64,000 nucleotides of DNA, taken from positions 96,001 through 160,000 of the forward strand of contig JALGVJ010000001.1 in NCBI GenBank assembly GCA_029838195.1, in the 5' to 3' direction. Position numbers and translations under genes: made by a program. The notes beneath the pieces are model-generated. The model had not been told where the DNA came from. It ran no database searches and saw nothing but the letters and a program-made list of their open reading frames with translations. This stretch comes from Promethearchaeota archaeon. Its GTDB lineage: Archaea > Asgardarchaeota > Lokiarchaeia > Sigyniarchaeales > SOKP01. Each line of letters starts with the position of its first letter. The stretch's first letter is position 1. Below are positions 9,467 through 19,715 of the stretch, piece by piece.

Positions 9467-10234
9467 ATGCGGAAATTAAATTATGTAAAATTAATAGACG
9501 ATATTGCAAATTGGATAAGAGGGTATGTATTATCAGCAAATTGTCAAGGAATCGTCGTTGGAATTAGTGGCGGAATAGATTCCGCCGTAACATCTGCTCT
9601 TTCGGTTAAAGCTTTGGGAAATAAAAAAGTACTGGGAGTTGGATTACCTTGTGAATCAAATCCTCAAGACCTAGAAGATTCTAAATTAGTCGCTAATCAT
9701 CTTAAAATTCCATATCATGTTATAGATTTAACTCAAACTTATCAAAAATTTTTAGAAAGCTTTCCCGATGAAATTAAAAAAGAGCCCATGGCATTAGCAA
9801 ATATCAAACCACGCTTGAGAATGACTACCTTATACTATTTGGCTCAATCGCTCGGCTATTTGGTGGGAGGAACGGGAAATAAAACGGAATTATTGATTGG
9901 GTATTTTACTAAATATGGAGATGGAGGGGTGGATATAGAACCCATAGGAGATTTATATAAATGTGAAGTACGAGAAGTAGCAAGAATTTTAAACATCCCG
10001 GAAAAGATAATTACTAAACCACCCTCTGCTGGTTTATGGAAAGGTCAAACAGATGAGGGTGAAATAGGAATTACTTATGATGAATTAGATGAAATATTAT
10101 ATAAAATAGAACATGGATTCGATTTAGACGATCTTAATCAAGCAAACGTGGAAAAAGTAAAATTGCTGATGAAAAATTCTCAACATAAAAGAAATCTTCC
10201 TCCTACATTTAAAATAAAAATTGAATCTGGCTAA
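9467..10234 (+). CDS. nadE: NH3-dependent NAD+ synthetase
   Basis: SGGIDSA PP-loop, NIKPRLRM, GYFTKYGDGG, KPPSAGLWKGQTDE. Confidence 0.96.
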   Translation: MRKLNYVKLIDDIANWIRGYVLSANCQGIVVGISGGIDSAVTSALSVKALGNKKVLGVGLPCESNPQDLEDSKLVANHLKIPYHVIDLTQTYQKFLESFPDEIKKEPMALANIKPRLRMTTLYYLAQSLGYLVGGTGNKTELLIGYFTKYGDGGVDIEPIGDLYKCEVREVARILNIPEKIITKPPSAGLWKGQTDEGEIGITYDELDEILYKIEHGFDLDDLNQANVEKVKLLMKNSQHKRNLPPTFKIKIESG

Positions 10235-10383
10235 CTTGGAGTGTGTTTCCCATACAGGATTAACATCTGAATATTGTTTAACATAAATTTCTTTTTTATC
10301 AAATATTTATATAATTAAACTATTAAAATTATATATAATCGAACATTTTTAATAAAAAAATAATTAATTCCCATATTTTTACC

Positions 10384-10800
10384 ATGAGCGAAGAATTAAA
10401 ACAGATTATCAACTCGTCTTATGATAATGGCGTTCCGATTTGGATTTATACTCAAGATTATATTTATGGGCTCGTTCCTGCCGATCCAGAAGGAAATAGA
10501 TGGACTGAATATGTTTATACCTTTCAAGAACCCGATGAGCCCCTTGAAAAAAAAGAAAGAAATGCTGGTCTTTCTTATCAATTTCTCTTCGAAGAGGTAG
10601 AAAAAGGCGTTTCATTTTACGTGAAAGATTTAAACGTCTTAAAATTAAAAGAATTCGTTAAAACTATAGAAAACAAACCTGATCCTGAAAAGTTAAAAGC
10701 TTTAATCAATGAATTGATTACTAATGCAGGTAGTTATTCTGCAAATTTGCCCATCATTAAATCTAAAGAAGAATTAAGTATTTTAATTGAAAAGCTTTAA
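10384..10800 (+). CDS. Hypothetical protein
   Basis: 138-aa ORF with normal composition; no recognised motif. Confidence 0.7.
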   Translation: MSEELKQIINSSYDNGVPIWIYTQDYIYGLVPADPEGNRWTEYVYTFQEPDEPLEKKERNAGLSYQFLFEEVEKGVSFYVKDLNVLKLKEFVKTIENKPDPEKLKALINELITNAGSYSANLPIIKSKEELSILIEKL

Positions 10801-10812
10801 ACTTTTATTGTA

Positions 10813-11313
10813 TTAAATGTAAAGACCATCTCGTTGTGGAAATCGCTTGATAAATTCTTCATCGATTTTTTTTCTTATTACTTGAGGGATATTAGAATCT
10901 CTCTCACTGATAATCTTTTTTATGTAATTAGCATGATTTTGACTATATTTTTCTACTCCTGCCGCAATCACGTTTTGATCTTTATTAATAGGAACGACCA
11001 TTCCAAATAAACGTAATATGTCATCTTTAGTTAATGTTTTTCCGATTTTTTCATCAATATCTCGATCAATATTTCGTATTACTGTTCCCATGGACAATGC
11101 TGAATAGGGACTCAAAGCCTTAGATTTTAACCAATACATATTGGGCTTTTTATTAATGAACGTATCGGTATTTCCCCCTTCATCTGTACTTCCCACGACG
11201 CTCCAGCCTTTCGGGTCTTTATCATATTCCTTTTTCATCTTTTTAAAAATCGACTGGATCGGTTCTATCCCGTGATAACCCGCTTTTTCCTCTTCTTCTT
11301 CCTCTCTTCTCAT
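10813..11313 (-). CDS. Conserved archaeal-type hypothetical protein
   Basis: 166-aa ORF; DPKGW..G and YWLKS..SPY blocks look like a folded conserved domain. Confidence 0.7.
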   Translation of the reverse strand: MRREEEEEEKAGYHGIEPIQSIFKKMKKEYDKDPKGWSVVGSTDEGGNTDTFINKKPNMYWLKSKALSPYSALSMGTVIRNIDRDIDEKIGKTLTKDDILRLFGMVVPINKDQNVIAAGVEKYSQNHANYIKKIISERDSNIPQVIRKKIDEEFIKRFPQRDGLYI

Positions 11314-11479
11314 GGTCTCAATTATATAAAATAAATAGAACTATAAAAATTTAGAGAAATTTTTAAACAACCATGCGCTTGATTTGAATTGATTTGGTAA
11401 AAAAAGTTTTTAATAAAAATGTAATAAATTTAATCAAAAATTTCAAATATTAGAAAGGTTACATGGCATTTAATAAAAC

Positions 11480-13411
11480 ATGATAAAAAAAGAACATGAA
11501 ATTGACTTAAAAAAAATTAGTACTGCCATTCAAAATTTAATTTTTAAGCAAGATATTAGAAATATTTTTTCTTATTTGAATGAATTAGATGAGATTGAAT
11601 CAAATTTCTTGGAGAGTTATAAAAATAGGAAAAATGAGGGTGTTTTTTTTACAAATCACGAGATCTCTGAATTCTTGATAAATAGAACACTTTTGATAAT
11701 TATTAATAAATTTCTTGAAAATAAAAGATCATTACAGCCGCCTCTCCTTGAAAATTTAGACCAAGTAGAGAATTTAAATGACAAAACTAAGGTACAACTT
11801 CAAGATTTTTTACTACATCTTACCACTTGCGATCCGGCATGTGGTTCTGGAATTTTCCTTTTAAAACTTGCTGAAAGTCTCTTTAACATTATAGTGAAAT
11901 TAAATCCACGAGTTAATAGAGAGGAACTAAAAGCGAAACTGCTCTTAAATCTTCATGGATTAGACATCAATCCCTTCGCGCTAAACATGACCATTTTAAA
12001 ATTAATAAGATGGTATTATACCGGAGGAGATAAAAACAACTGCGCAAATCTTCTCTCCCCCTTAATATCTCATTTTCAAGTAGCTAATGCCATGCTAACT
12101 CCTAATTGGAGAATTTCCCTCTTTAATCAACGCTATTTTGACCTCATCACGTGTAATCCTCCTTATGGAAATATAATTAAAAATTCATTAGATAAGGAAA
12201 TCTTAAAATCTCAAAACCATTTTGTTCAAGATGTGTATTGCATTTTTCTAATGAAAGCTCTTGACTGGATCAATAATGGAATTGCCTCTTTCTTAATCCC
12301 AAAAAGTTTTCTTCTTCGCCAAAACTACATTCATTTTCGAAATCTTTTCCTTTCTCAAGCACGCCTCATTGAACTTCATGATTTAGGCTCTAAAATATTC
12401 CCCCGTGCCACTAATGAAGTACAAATCCTTATTTTTGAGAAACAAGGGGGGAAAAATAGCGATTTTAAAACGAAGATATATGATTATCCTTTAAAATTAT
12501 TAAATGTTTATTCTAATGGAGACTATGATTTCCTAAATTTTTGTTTAAATAGTGATTGTGAATTAAATTCACGTCGGAAAAAATTTCATGTTTATACGCC
12601 GCAACCGGAATGTCCTTATTGTAATTCAAAAACCGTTCCCATGAATCGTATTAGAATCAAAATGACCCCTTTTATTTCTTCAATTATCAAAAAGATTGAA
12701 ACCTTAGGCGATTTGAATTATTTAAACTTGAAAGATTTCCCCAAATTAATTCGGGGAGAAGAAGATAAGGGATTAAAAGAACTGAAAAAATATCTAAAAC
12801 AAAATACCGAATTTTCTTGTTATTTTATTGATGCGAAGCAAGATTTTTCTTATTTTCATTTAGACTTGAACAAGAGCGTGGATCTAAATAAAATCGATCC
12901 TCATTTATTAAAAGGCGATGATTTTGAATTTTATCTCCAACCTAAACTCTTGATTAAACATAATAATAGATTTCCCGAAACAATCTATACCGAACGTCCG
13001 ACATGTTTCACGTCCTCTATTTATTCTCTCTTACATGAGGATCGCAACGAATTAAAGTTCTTGTGTGCTGTTCTTAATTCCGGACTCATTCAATTTTATT
13101 GCTTGTATGGAATAAATAATCAAAAAAATACTACAATTAACTTGAATCAATACATGATACGACATTTACCCATCATTCGACCAGATCTAAATATTAAAAA
13201 TGCACTATCCTCTAATGTTTCAAGTTTGCTGGAGCTACATGATAAAACCAAGGGAAAAATAAATTCTAATATTAAAAAACTCATTCAAGAAAATGATGAT
13301 CTCATTTTTAAATTATATAATCTAACGGATGATGAAAAAAAACAAATTATTATTGCCATTACTCTTCATGTTGAATATTTCAAACAAATTTACGGGGAGA
13401 TGATCGCATGA
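11480..13411 (+). CDS. N6-adenine DNA methyltransferase, gamma class (TaqI/Eco57I-like) with C-terminal specificity domain
   Basis: Motif X (GVFFT), motif I (DPACGSGIF), motif II (GLDIN), motif IV (NPPY) and TaqI_C-like FLCAVLNS..LPI. No nuclease domain in front. Confidence 0.9.
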   Translation: MIKKEHEIDLKKISTAIQNLIFKQDIRNIFSYLNELDEIESNFLESYKNRKNEGVFFTNHEISEFLINRTLLIIINKFLENKRSLQPPLLENLDQVENLNDKTKVQLQDFLLHLTTCDPACGSGIFLLKLAESLFNIIVKLNPRVNREELKAKLLLNLHGLDINPFALNMTILKLIRWYYTGGDKNNCANLLSPLISHFQVANAMLTPNWRISLFNQRYFDLITCNPPYGNIIKNSLDKEILKSQNHFVQDVYCIFLMKALDWINNGIASFLIPKSFLLRQNYIHFRNLFLSQARLIELHDLGSKIFPRATNEVQILIFEKQGGKNSDFKTKIYDYPLKLLNVYSNGDYDFLNFCLNSDCELNSRRKKFHVYTPQPECPYCNSKTVPMNRIRIKMTPFISSIIKKIETLGDLNYLNLKDFPKLIRGEEDKGLKELKKYLKQNTEFSCYFIDAKQDFSYFHLDLNKSVDLNKIDPHLLKGDDFEFYLQPKLLIKHNNRFPETIYTERPTCFTSSIYSLLHEDRNELKFLCAVLNSGLIQFYCLYGINNQKNTTINLNQYMIRHLPIIRPDLNIKNALSSNVSSLLELHDKTKGKINSNIKKLIQENDDLIFKLYNLTDDEKKQIIIAITLHVEYFKQIYGEMIA

Positions 13412-13950
13412 AAGGGCCTTTATCTTGGGAACAATTAAAACAAACTGATTTTTATTCGTTTTTTAACTTGAGCGAAATAACTCAAGAAAAAGTCTCTGAA
13501 GGAAAGATTATAAAATATGTCAAACCAGGCGGATTTCAAGAACACATTAACTTGCGGTTTTGGATTAAAGAAGAAATAATAATAAAAGCGTTACTTGAGT
13601 TGGATAGGGCATGGATTGGAAATGCTAGTCATCTCAACCCATTTGCTAATGATATAACGAAGAGTTTTTTAAGCGCCTTGCTACCAGATGAGCTTCAAGA
13701 ATTTAAAATCGTCCTCGTTCAAAACATTTGGAACCTACGAGGTTCAGAAGATATTGTTATTTGCTTGGATGAAGTCGTGAGAAAATGGGAAGATGCTCAT
13801 CCCAAAATTAAAAAATTTCTTGACGTGTATCGTGGAATAACGGAATTTAATGAAAAAAACCTTGAAAATCTTACTCTTACCATGAGGAATCAAGTAAATG
13901 AAAAAGAAGGGAAAAACCTCTTTTTTACCATTATTACATGGCGATTATAG
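13408..13950 (+). CDS. Hypothetical protein translationally coupled to the methyltransferase
   Basis: 180-aa ORF with a 4-nt ATGA overlap with the MTase stop. Confidence 0.75.
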   Translation: MKGPLSWEQLKQTDFYSFFNLSEITQEKVSEGKIIKYVKPGGFQEHINLRFWIKEEIIIKALLELDRAWIGNASHLNPFANDITKSFLSALLPDELQEFKIVLVQNIWNLRGSEDIVICLDEVVRKWEDAHPKIKKFLDVYRGITEFNEKNLENLTLTMRNQVNEKEGKNLFFTIITWRL

Positions 13951-14048
13951 GAATATTTTCTTGTGTTCATGCTTGAACAGGTAAATTCATAAAAGAGAAT
14001 AATTTTCAAAAAGAATATGGTTAGTTATTAAAAAACGCATGAGTAAAA

Positions 14049-15092
14049 TCAATATTTACCGATTTTTTCAGTTAAGGTCTTAGCCATCCCCAAATTCCTA
14101 CAAGCCATTTCAATTGGCTCCCAAGGCCACTCACATCCCGCCGCATACATGTATTGTCCGCCTGGCTTGCCGGCTGCTATAGTTTTCGTGATTTCATCCA
14201 TCACTTCATTAATCGTATAAGTTAATGAACCTAAGATTTGTGTATTTGTATTTCCACGAATACAATGGTCTTTACCAATTTTCTCTTTAGCCATTTTTAA
14301 GTCCACTTGATAATCTAAATCAATAATATCAGCTCCCGTGCCTGAAATTAAATTTAACATGTCTCGTCCTTCCTTGTCTATTTTTGAGTTGTCTCCACAA
14401 ACATGATATAGAACAGGAACTTTTCTTTTAATGTAGGAAAATAAGTCTTGAGTGGCCTTTAAACAGCAGCGCTCGTATCTCATGGGACCTATTTGAGAGA
14501 TAGCAGAATCGCCGGCGCCGATAATATCTGCTCCCGCTTCTATTTGCATGCTCGCAAACTCTTTTTGGACGGGTAATATCCTTTCAATTAATTTTGCAAT
14601 TCTTTTATCCCAATCCGGATGTCTACACAACAATAATACATCAATTAAACCAAATAAACAGCAAATTTCAGCAAAAGGAGCTTCAATCCATCCAACGATA
14701 CATTGTTGTCCCCCTACTTTTTCGTGTAAAATCTCCACTGCTTTTACCCTATCATTCACTCTCTCGCTTTCAAGAAGATCTGGCGTTTCAATTGAGTCAA
14801 ACTCCTCAATTTTTAAATGCGTTTTCGCAATGGGAGTATTTCCTTCCCAATTTATTTCCACACCCCAAGCACTCGCTTCTCTATACGCATCCGTTGATAC
14901 GTTCACGTGGTCAATGCCAAACATTTCTGAACATTTAATTTGAGCGTTTGCGAGAATTTCGGCATTTTGACAATATTCTTGATTATAATTTACCCCGGCT
15001 AAAGAAGCTGCAAAGTGCATGATGAATGGATTGAATGGTATTTTTTCGGGAATGCCTTTAATTGCTGTTAATGTGAGTTCTAACGAATTCAT
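14049..15092 (-). CDS. Uroporphyrinogen decarboxylase family protein (MtaA/MtbA-like methylcobamide methyltransferase)
   Basis: EASAWG, GWIEAPF, QIEAGAD, Zn ligands H-x-C (YHVCG) plus AAGCE, and IRGN. Confidence 0.85.
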   Translation of the reverse strand: MNSLELTLTAIKGIPEKIPFNPFIMHFAASLAGVNYNQEYCQNAEILANAQIKCSEMFGIDHVNVSTDAYREASAWGVEINWEGNTPIAKTHLKIEEFDSIETPDLLESERVNDRVKAVEILHEKVGGQQCIVGWIEAPFAEICCLFGLIDVLLLCRHPDWDKRIAKLIERILPVQKEFASMQIEAGADIIGAGDSAISQIGPMRYERCCLKATQDLFSYIKRKVPVLYHVCGDNSKIDKEGRDMLNLISGTGADIIDLDYQVDLKMAKEKIGKDHCIRGNTNTQILGSLTYTINEVMDEITKTIAAGKPGGQYMYAAGCEWPWEPIEMACRNLGMAKTLTEKIGKY

Positions 15093-15170
15093 TGTTAATT
15101 TTTTTTTTTTAGATTCTCTTTTTCTTTATCTAAAATAATGATTAATTTTTAAGGCTCAATGGGATATTTT

Positions 15171-16199
15171 TTATTCTTTTAAAATAAAATGGAAATCACA
15201 TTCAGAATCTCCTAAACCAATAAAAGTGCTGCGTTTCAATGAGATTTTAGGATTAAACTCCTCTATAGCGGGGATAAAAAACGGAATGCACATGTCTTTA
15301 CATATGAATGCCATTTTATCCCGACGTTCTGGGTTTCTTTCCATGGCTTCGATGTAAGGGCAAGATTTTAAAACCATTAAAGCTTCATTTTTTTCATTTT
15401 TAATTATTTCGTAGTCATACCCTTCAGCCTCAAAACAAAAGAACAGAATATTTAAAAGATCTTGGAGAGTCCTATCTTGGAGTGTTAAATATTTAATCAA
15501 TCGTCTAAAATTTATTTTATAGAGAAGCTGCCACACAATTATGTCTAATTTTAAAGCTCTCTCAAAACCTAATTCGTTTTCCGTCTCAATCATCCACAAT
15601 CCGTCCAAAGTGGTGAAATTTCGCTCAAAATAAAATAGCTTATCTTCCACGGTTAGGTCTTCTTTTCTCAAGAAATTCGCTTTCGAAAGAGCTTCGGTTT
15701 GTGAGCAGGGAAATCTAAACCTACAATTAGCATCGACCTTCTCCAAAAAAATCTCTCGCTCTACTTTAATGCCGTCGTTGAATTCACGGATTACTTGTTC
15801 ATAAAATGGGAGGCACATGTCCTTACAGATTAACGGGATTTTATTTTGACGTTCTGGATTTCTTTCCATTGCAGCTTTATAAGGACATGTTAAAATATCG
15901 ACAATAATTTCTTTTCTTTGATCAAATTTAATTTCATAATCCCATCCTTCCACGCTCCAACGGAAGGTAAGAATCTTGAGTAAATCGGAAAGCGTGTTAG
16001 TTTCGATCTTTAAATATCGCTTTAACCGCCGAATAATAGCTTTCATTAATTTAATCCATACTATAAGGTCAATTTTTAATGCAGTTTCCCAATCTGACTC
16101 TTTCTCCGTTTCAATCATCCATAAACCGTCGAGCGTGAAAAAACTTCTGCTTAAATAAAATAGTTTATCCTCTTTTGTAATGTTCTTAAAATCGCTCAT
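15171..16199 (-). CDS. Tandem duplicated DUF6125-like (V4R/HNOB-type fold) protein
   Basis: Two internal repeats, each with EDKLFY..R.F.TLDGLWMIETE, CPY..AMERNPER, ICKDMC.PF and C.F.F. Confidence 0.75.
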   Translation of the reverse strand: MSDFKNITKEDKLFYLSRSFFTLDGLWMIETEKESDWETALKIDLIVWIKLMKAIIRRLKRYLKIETNTLSDLLKILTFRWSVEGWDYEIKFDQRKEIIVDILTCPYKAAMERNPERQNKIPLICKDMCLPFYEQVIREFNDGIKVEREIFLEKVDANCRFRFPCSQTEALSKANFLRKEDLTVEDKLFYFERNFTTLDGLWMIETENELGFERALKLDIIVWQLLYKINFRRLIKYLTLQDRTLQDLLNILFFCFEAEGYDYEIIKNEKNEALMVLKSCPYIEAMERNPERRDKMAFICKDMCIPFFIPAIEEFNPKISLKRSTFIGLGDSECDFHFILKE

Positions 16200-16321
16200 G
16201 TGATCGTTGGGGTAATTCTCACTTGAATTATTAAATTTGAATGAATTATAATATATAGTTTTATGGATAAAATTGAAATGGAGGATCCTTTACAATCATC
16301 AGTTTCGTGTTTGTACTCGTG

Positions 16322-17091
16322 TTATGAAAACTTATCAAAAAACCCTAAAAATTCTTTCAGCATTTTTATAAAAAAAATTTTTTCATAAAACTCCCGTGAT
16401 AAATCCATTTCTAATAATCAGCTTGTCGAACATTCATAGTTATAAGAAATAAGATTCGATCTTGATATGCTAATAATTCTTCTTTAGACGGTTGCTTTGT
16501 TTTTCTCTCTGGAAATATATTATTTGGAATAAATATCATGGCAGTATCTAAATACAAGTTTAGATAATTTTAAAAATTTTTTATATTTAAAAGCTCCCAT
16601 GTGAACGACGATTGCGTTTATATCTGGATATTTTTCTAAAAATTTAATGAAATTTTTATATCCCACATGCCGATTGCGATAAGATGCCGTACCTGCGTGA
16701 AAACATAGCCATTTTCCTTCATCCAAAACCATATCATAAATTTTGTACATATGGGCATCGTCGGGATAGAAATTTTGAACTAATAGTTGTAATTTTAATC
16801 CGTGAAAGTTCCATTCATCAAATATTTTTTGCACATATTCTTCTTTATTCTCATCATCCGGCCACACGCATCCAAACGGAATTGCCCCATCATGAGTGCA
16901 TGCTAACTCATGAGTCCAATAATTAATATATTCAGCAACTCCTTTTTTATGGGCATAATTATACGTGGTGTATTTTTTAACATTTTTTGCTTTTAAAGTT
17001 TCAATTAATTGCAAATAGCTTCAAAAATGCTCGGAGGAAATAGATGAACATGCGTATCAATGAATTGAAAGTCAAAATTCGACCATATCAA
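16322..17091 (-). pseudogene. Degraded amidohydrolase_2 family gene
   Basis: FIDTHVHLFP lies in a different frame upstream of the 16520..17014 ORF (GLKLQ, FHAGT, VHMG). NLYLDTAM, YQDRILF and FYKNAERILG follow in shifted frames. Confidence 0.8.
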
Positions 17092-17276
17092 GTAAGAAAA
17101 AAAGAGCTTTCTTTTATTACTTATCCTTATGTTTGAAAAAGCAATTCAAATTAGATCTTATTAAAAATCTCTCATGCGTGCTGAATTTTGAAAGAAAATA
17201 ATTATTAGAAAAAAAGCCTTCTCATCTTTCATTGAAATGGATAAAAAATAAAAAAATTAAGAAAAAAACCTGTAAT

Positions 17277-17432
17277 TTAATCTCTTCTGGAAAGAGAACT
17301 CAATTCGGATTTTAGCAGATCTCTTATTGCAATTCTTATTACTTCTGATCGATTAGGATAAAGATTTTTATTGACAAGTTCTTCTATTCCCTCTATATAC
17401 GCTTCCGGAATGTGGCACGTAATTAACTTCAT
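17277..17432 (-). CDS. Ribbon-helix-helix (CopG/CdrS-like) transcription regulator, 51 aa, not in the ORF track
   Basis: Manual translation MKLITCHIPEAYIEGIEELVNKNLYPNRSEVIRIAIRDLLKSELSSLSRRD; GGAGG upstream. Confidence 0.9.
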   Translation of the reverse strand: MKLITCHIPEAYIEGIEELVNKNLYPNRSEVIRIAIRDLLKSELSSLSRRD

Positions 17433-17841
17433 GAATTATCTCATTCCTCCTTTTCATTTTATTGTTTACTGTTAATTCAAAAATGTGATGATTTAGATAA
17501 ATATGATTATATTATAACGATGTTACTTCCATGATGTCATTTGGAACAAAGTCCCTATTCTCTTCTTCGAATGGATTGCTTTTTATTAATAATAACATGG
17601 CTTTTGAAAAATGGTAAAAAACTAAACATCATTTTTTTCAATCATTTAAATGAAGTTCATAGCTTCCACGGGTATTGTCGTTCTTTCACTTGATGATTTT
17701 TTCACCAAGTATGACTCTTGGGGTTATCTAATAATCAATGAGAAAGATTATCACGTTTAGGAAACAAAAAACAACATAACAATAGATTTGATAAAATCGA
17801 ACATAAAAAAAAAGTAATGGGTAAAAAAAAATAATGCAATT

Positions 17842-18843
17842 TTATTCTTTCAATTCAAGGATCGAACTAGATTTCAATCGTGGTTCCTTCTTCTTTTTTC
17901 TCATTCGATACATGATATAGATGAAAATAACGCCTATTAGCGGGATTCCAAATAAGAGAGCAATATTCAAGGCAATATCATGAGAATGCGTGCTGGTAAT
18001 TTGATAAATTACTGACCCATACACGTTTTTTACCGTAAAAGTTTCCTGCGTCCCCCGTTTTCCAAATGTGACTTCAATGAGCAAGATATCTTTTCCTAAT
18101 CTACGAAAAATCAATGTATTATCTTCCACCCTGACATTGGCGCTACATCTAAGAGCCTCTACTAAATTTGATAGATAGAGATTTGCCGGTTGAGGAATGA
18201 TCAATCCGTTTAGAACTAGATTCCATAAATATTCATCGGGAGTAAATCGGGGGAAGATTAAATTGAGAAATTTAATTAAAGGTTCACGGTTAATATCTGT
18301 TATTAAGTCATTGTAAGCCTCCAGAGCTTTAGCATGATCTGCGGGGTCCTTAAATATAGGCGTGGAATACCACGTGTAATTTGCCGTTTCATTAAAGGTG
18401 TCTTTCGTAAAAAACCATTTTGCTTGATAGACGTTCCATATTGCAAATTCCTCGTCATACGTCTCATTGATATATTCTTTATCATAATCCAAGCTTCCCA
18501 CAAGCGCCGCGAGGGCATAAGACGACTCTATACCGTAAATCATAGGTAAAAATTGTTGAAGAAATACATCATACATCCCCCATGTCCAATTAGTATAAAT
18601 CGCACGAGTCGTGACCTTGCTTTTTGCCCCGCTTTTATTACAATCCCCTTTAAACCAGTCTGTTACTGTCTTAGCCCATTTTTCTTCATCATAAGGCTGA
18701 ACTTCATAGGTTTGCGTTCCTTTAGGTATCGCAATCGAGTAAATCGAGCCTTGAGCAATCACCGGCTTGCTCATCCCTATTAAAATGAATAGCAATAAGA
18801 GGATACTTGCCATTTTTTCATTTTGAATTCGTATTTTTCTCAT
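17842..18843 (-). CDS. Secreted, C-terminally membrane-anchored hypothetical protein
   Basis: AGGAGGAG before ATG 18843, signal-peptide-like N-terminus, and a C-terminal TM helix followed by RMRKKKK. Confidence 0.75.
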   Translation of the reverse strand: MRKIRIQNEKMASILLLLFILIGMSKPVIAQGSIYSIAIPKGTQTYEVQPYDEEKWAKTVTDWFKGDCNKSGAKSKVTTRAIYTNWTWGMYDVFLQQFLPMIYGIESSYALAALVGSLDYDKEYINETYDEEFAIWNVYQAKWFFTKDTFNETANYTWYSTPIFKDPADHAKALEAYNDLITDINREPLIKFLNLIFPRFTPDEYLWNLVLNGLIIPQPANLYLSNLVEALRCSANVRVEDNTLIFRRLGKDILLIEVTFGKRGTQETFTVKNVYGSVIYQITSTHSHDIALNIALLFGIPLIGVIFIYIMYRMRKKKKEPRLKSSSILELKE

Positions 18844-18863
18844 CTTTATTCTCCTCCTTTTCT

Positions 18864-19709
18864 CTATAATTGTCTCCTCGTAAATATGATTGAAGCTAAA
18901 ATTAAACAAACAAGTGTATAAAGAAGCATAACTTGAATGCCCATCTCGATTGTAGGAACAATCCATGTTCTAACCTTGAAGGTTCCAAAAGAAATTTCAA
19001 TGTATCTATCCTCAAGTTCTGTTGGAAAATGCACCTCTAACACGTATAGAATGAGATTACTCACGTAGGAAAGATCCCACACGGGTTCCATGTCAGGATT
19101 ATAAAGCACAATGATTTGGGTTATGATGCTGTAAACAATAAACAACAGAATGATGGTAATCACGATGGTTAAATTTACGTTAGGCATGAAAGAACTAAAG
19201 AAAGTCACGAAGGCACTCACTGCTAATAAATACAGAAATGCCATTAAAAATGAAAGATAATATCGGCTAATGATGGGCGTACCATAATAATATATTGCAA
19301 TCATTCCTAATAAAAAGTAATAAACACCGAGTACACCCGTTAACAGGGTTAAATTTCCGAAGTATTTCCCAATCACGAGTTTGTATTTATTGATTTTAGG
19401 AAACACGATATATCCTGTTTTATCGCTATATTCTGCGCAAATGATGCCGGCGTAGAAAAATGCCCCTCCGAAAATGATGAACCAATTCATGAATCCCAAC
19501 CCATTTTGAAGAAAATTGTATTGATAGGATGAAATTTCGTTTTCCGGAACAATCAAGTAAGGTATCAAGCTGGATAAAATCAATATAGCAATGATGACGA
19601 TCAAAAAGACTAAAAAATGCTTTTTGTGTTTTTTTAGCTCAAATACGTACGTGTGAACAATGGGTTTTACGATATAATAGGGTGATTTTAAAATGCTTTT
19701 CATGCTCAA
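18864..19709 (-). CDS. ABC-2 type transporter permease
   Basis: About 6 TM segments, GIICAEYSDKTG..PKINKYKLVIGK signature, adjacent to the ATPase. Confidence 0.85.
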   Translation of the reverse strand: MSMKSILKSPYYIVKPIVHTYVFELKKHKKHFLVFLIVIIAILILSSLIPYLIVPENEISSYQYNFLQNGLGFMNWFIIFGGAFFYAGIICAEYSDKTGYIVFPKINKYKLVIGKYFGNLTLLTGVLGVYYFLLGMIAIYYYGTPIISRYYLSFLMAFLYLLAVSAFVTFFSSFMPNVNLTIVITIILLFIVYSIITQIIVLYNPDMEPVWDLSYVSNLILYVLEVHFPTELEDRYIEISFGTFKVRTWIVPTIEMGIQVMLLYTLVCLILASIIFTRRQL

Positions 19710-19715
19710 TTCATT

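Noticed and set aside
18844-18966. N-terminal extension of the 374-aa ORF overlapping the ABC permease
   Set aside because: A strong SD and signal peptide point to ATG 18843; the extension is an off-frame read of the permease 3' end.
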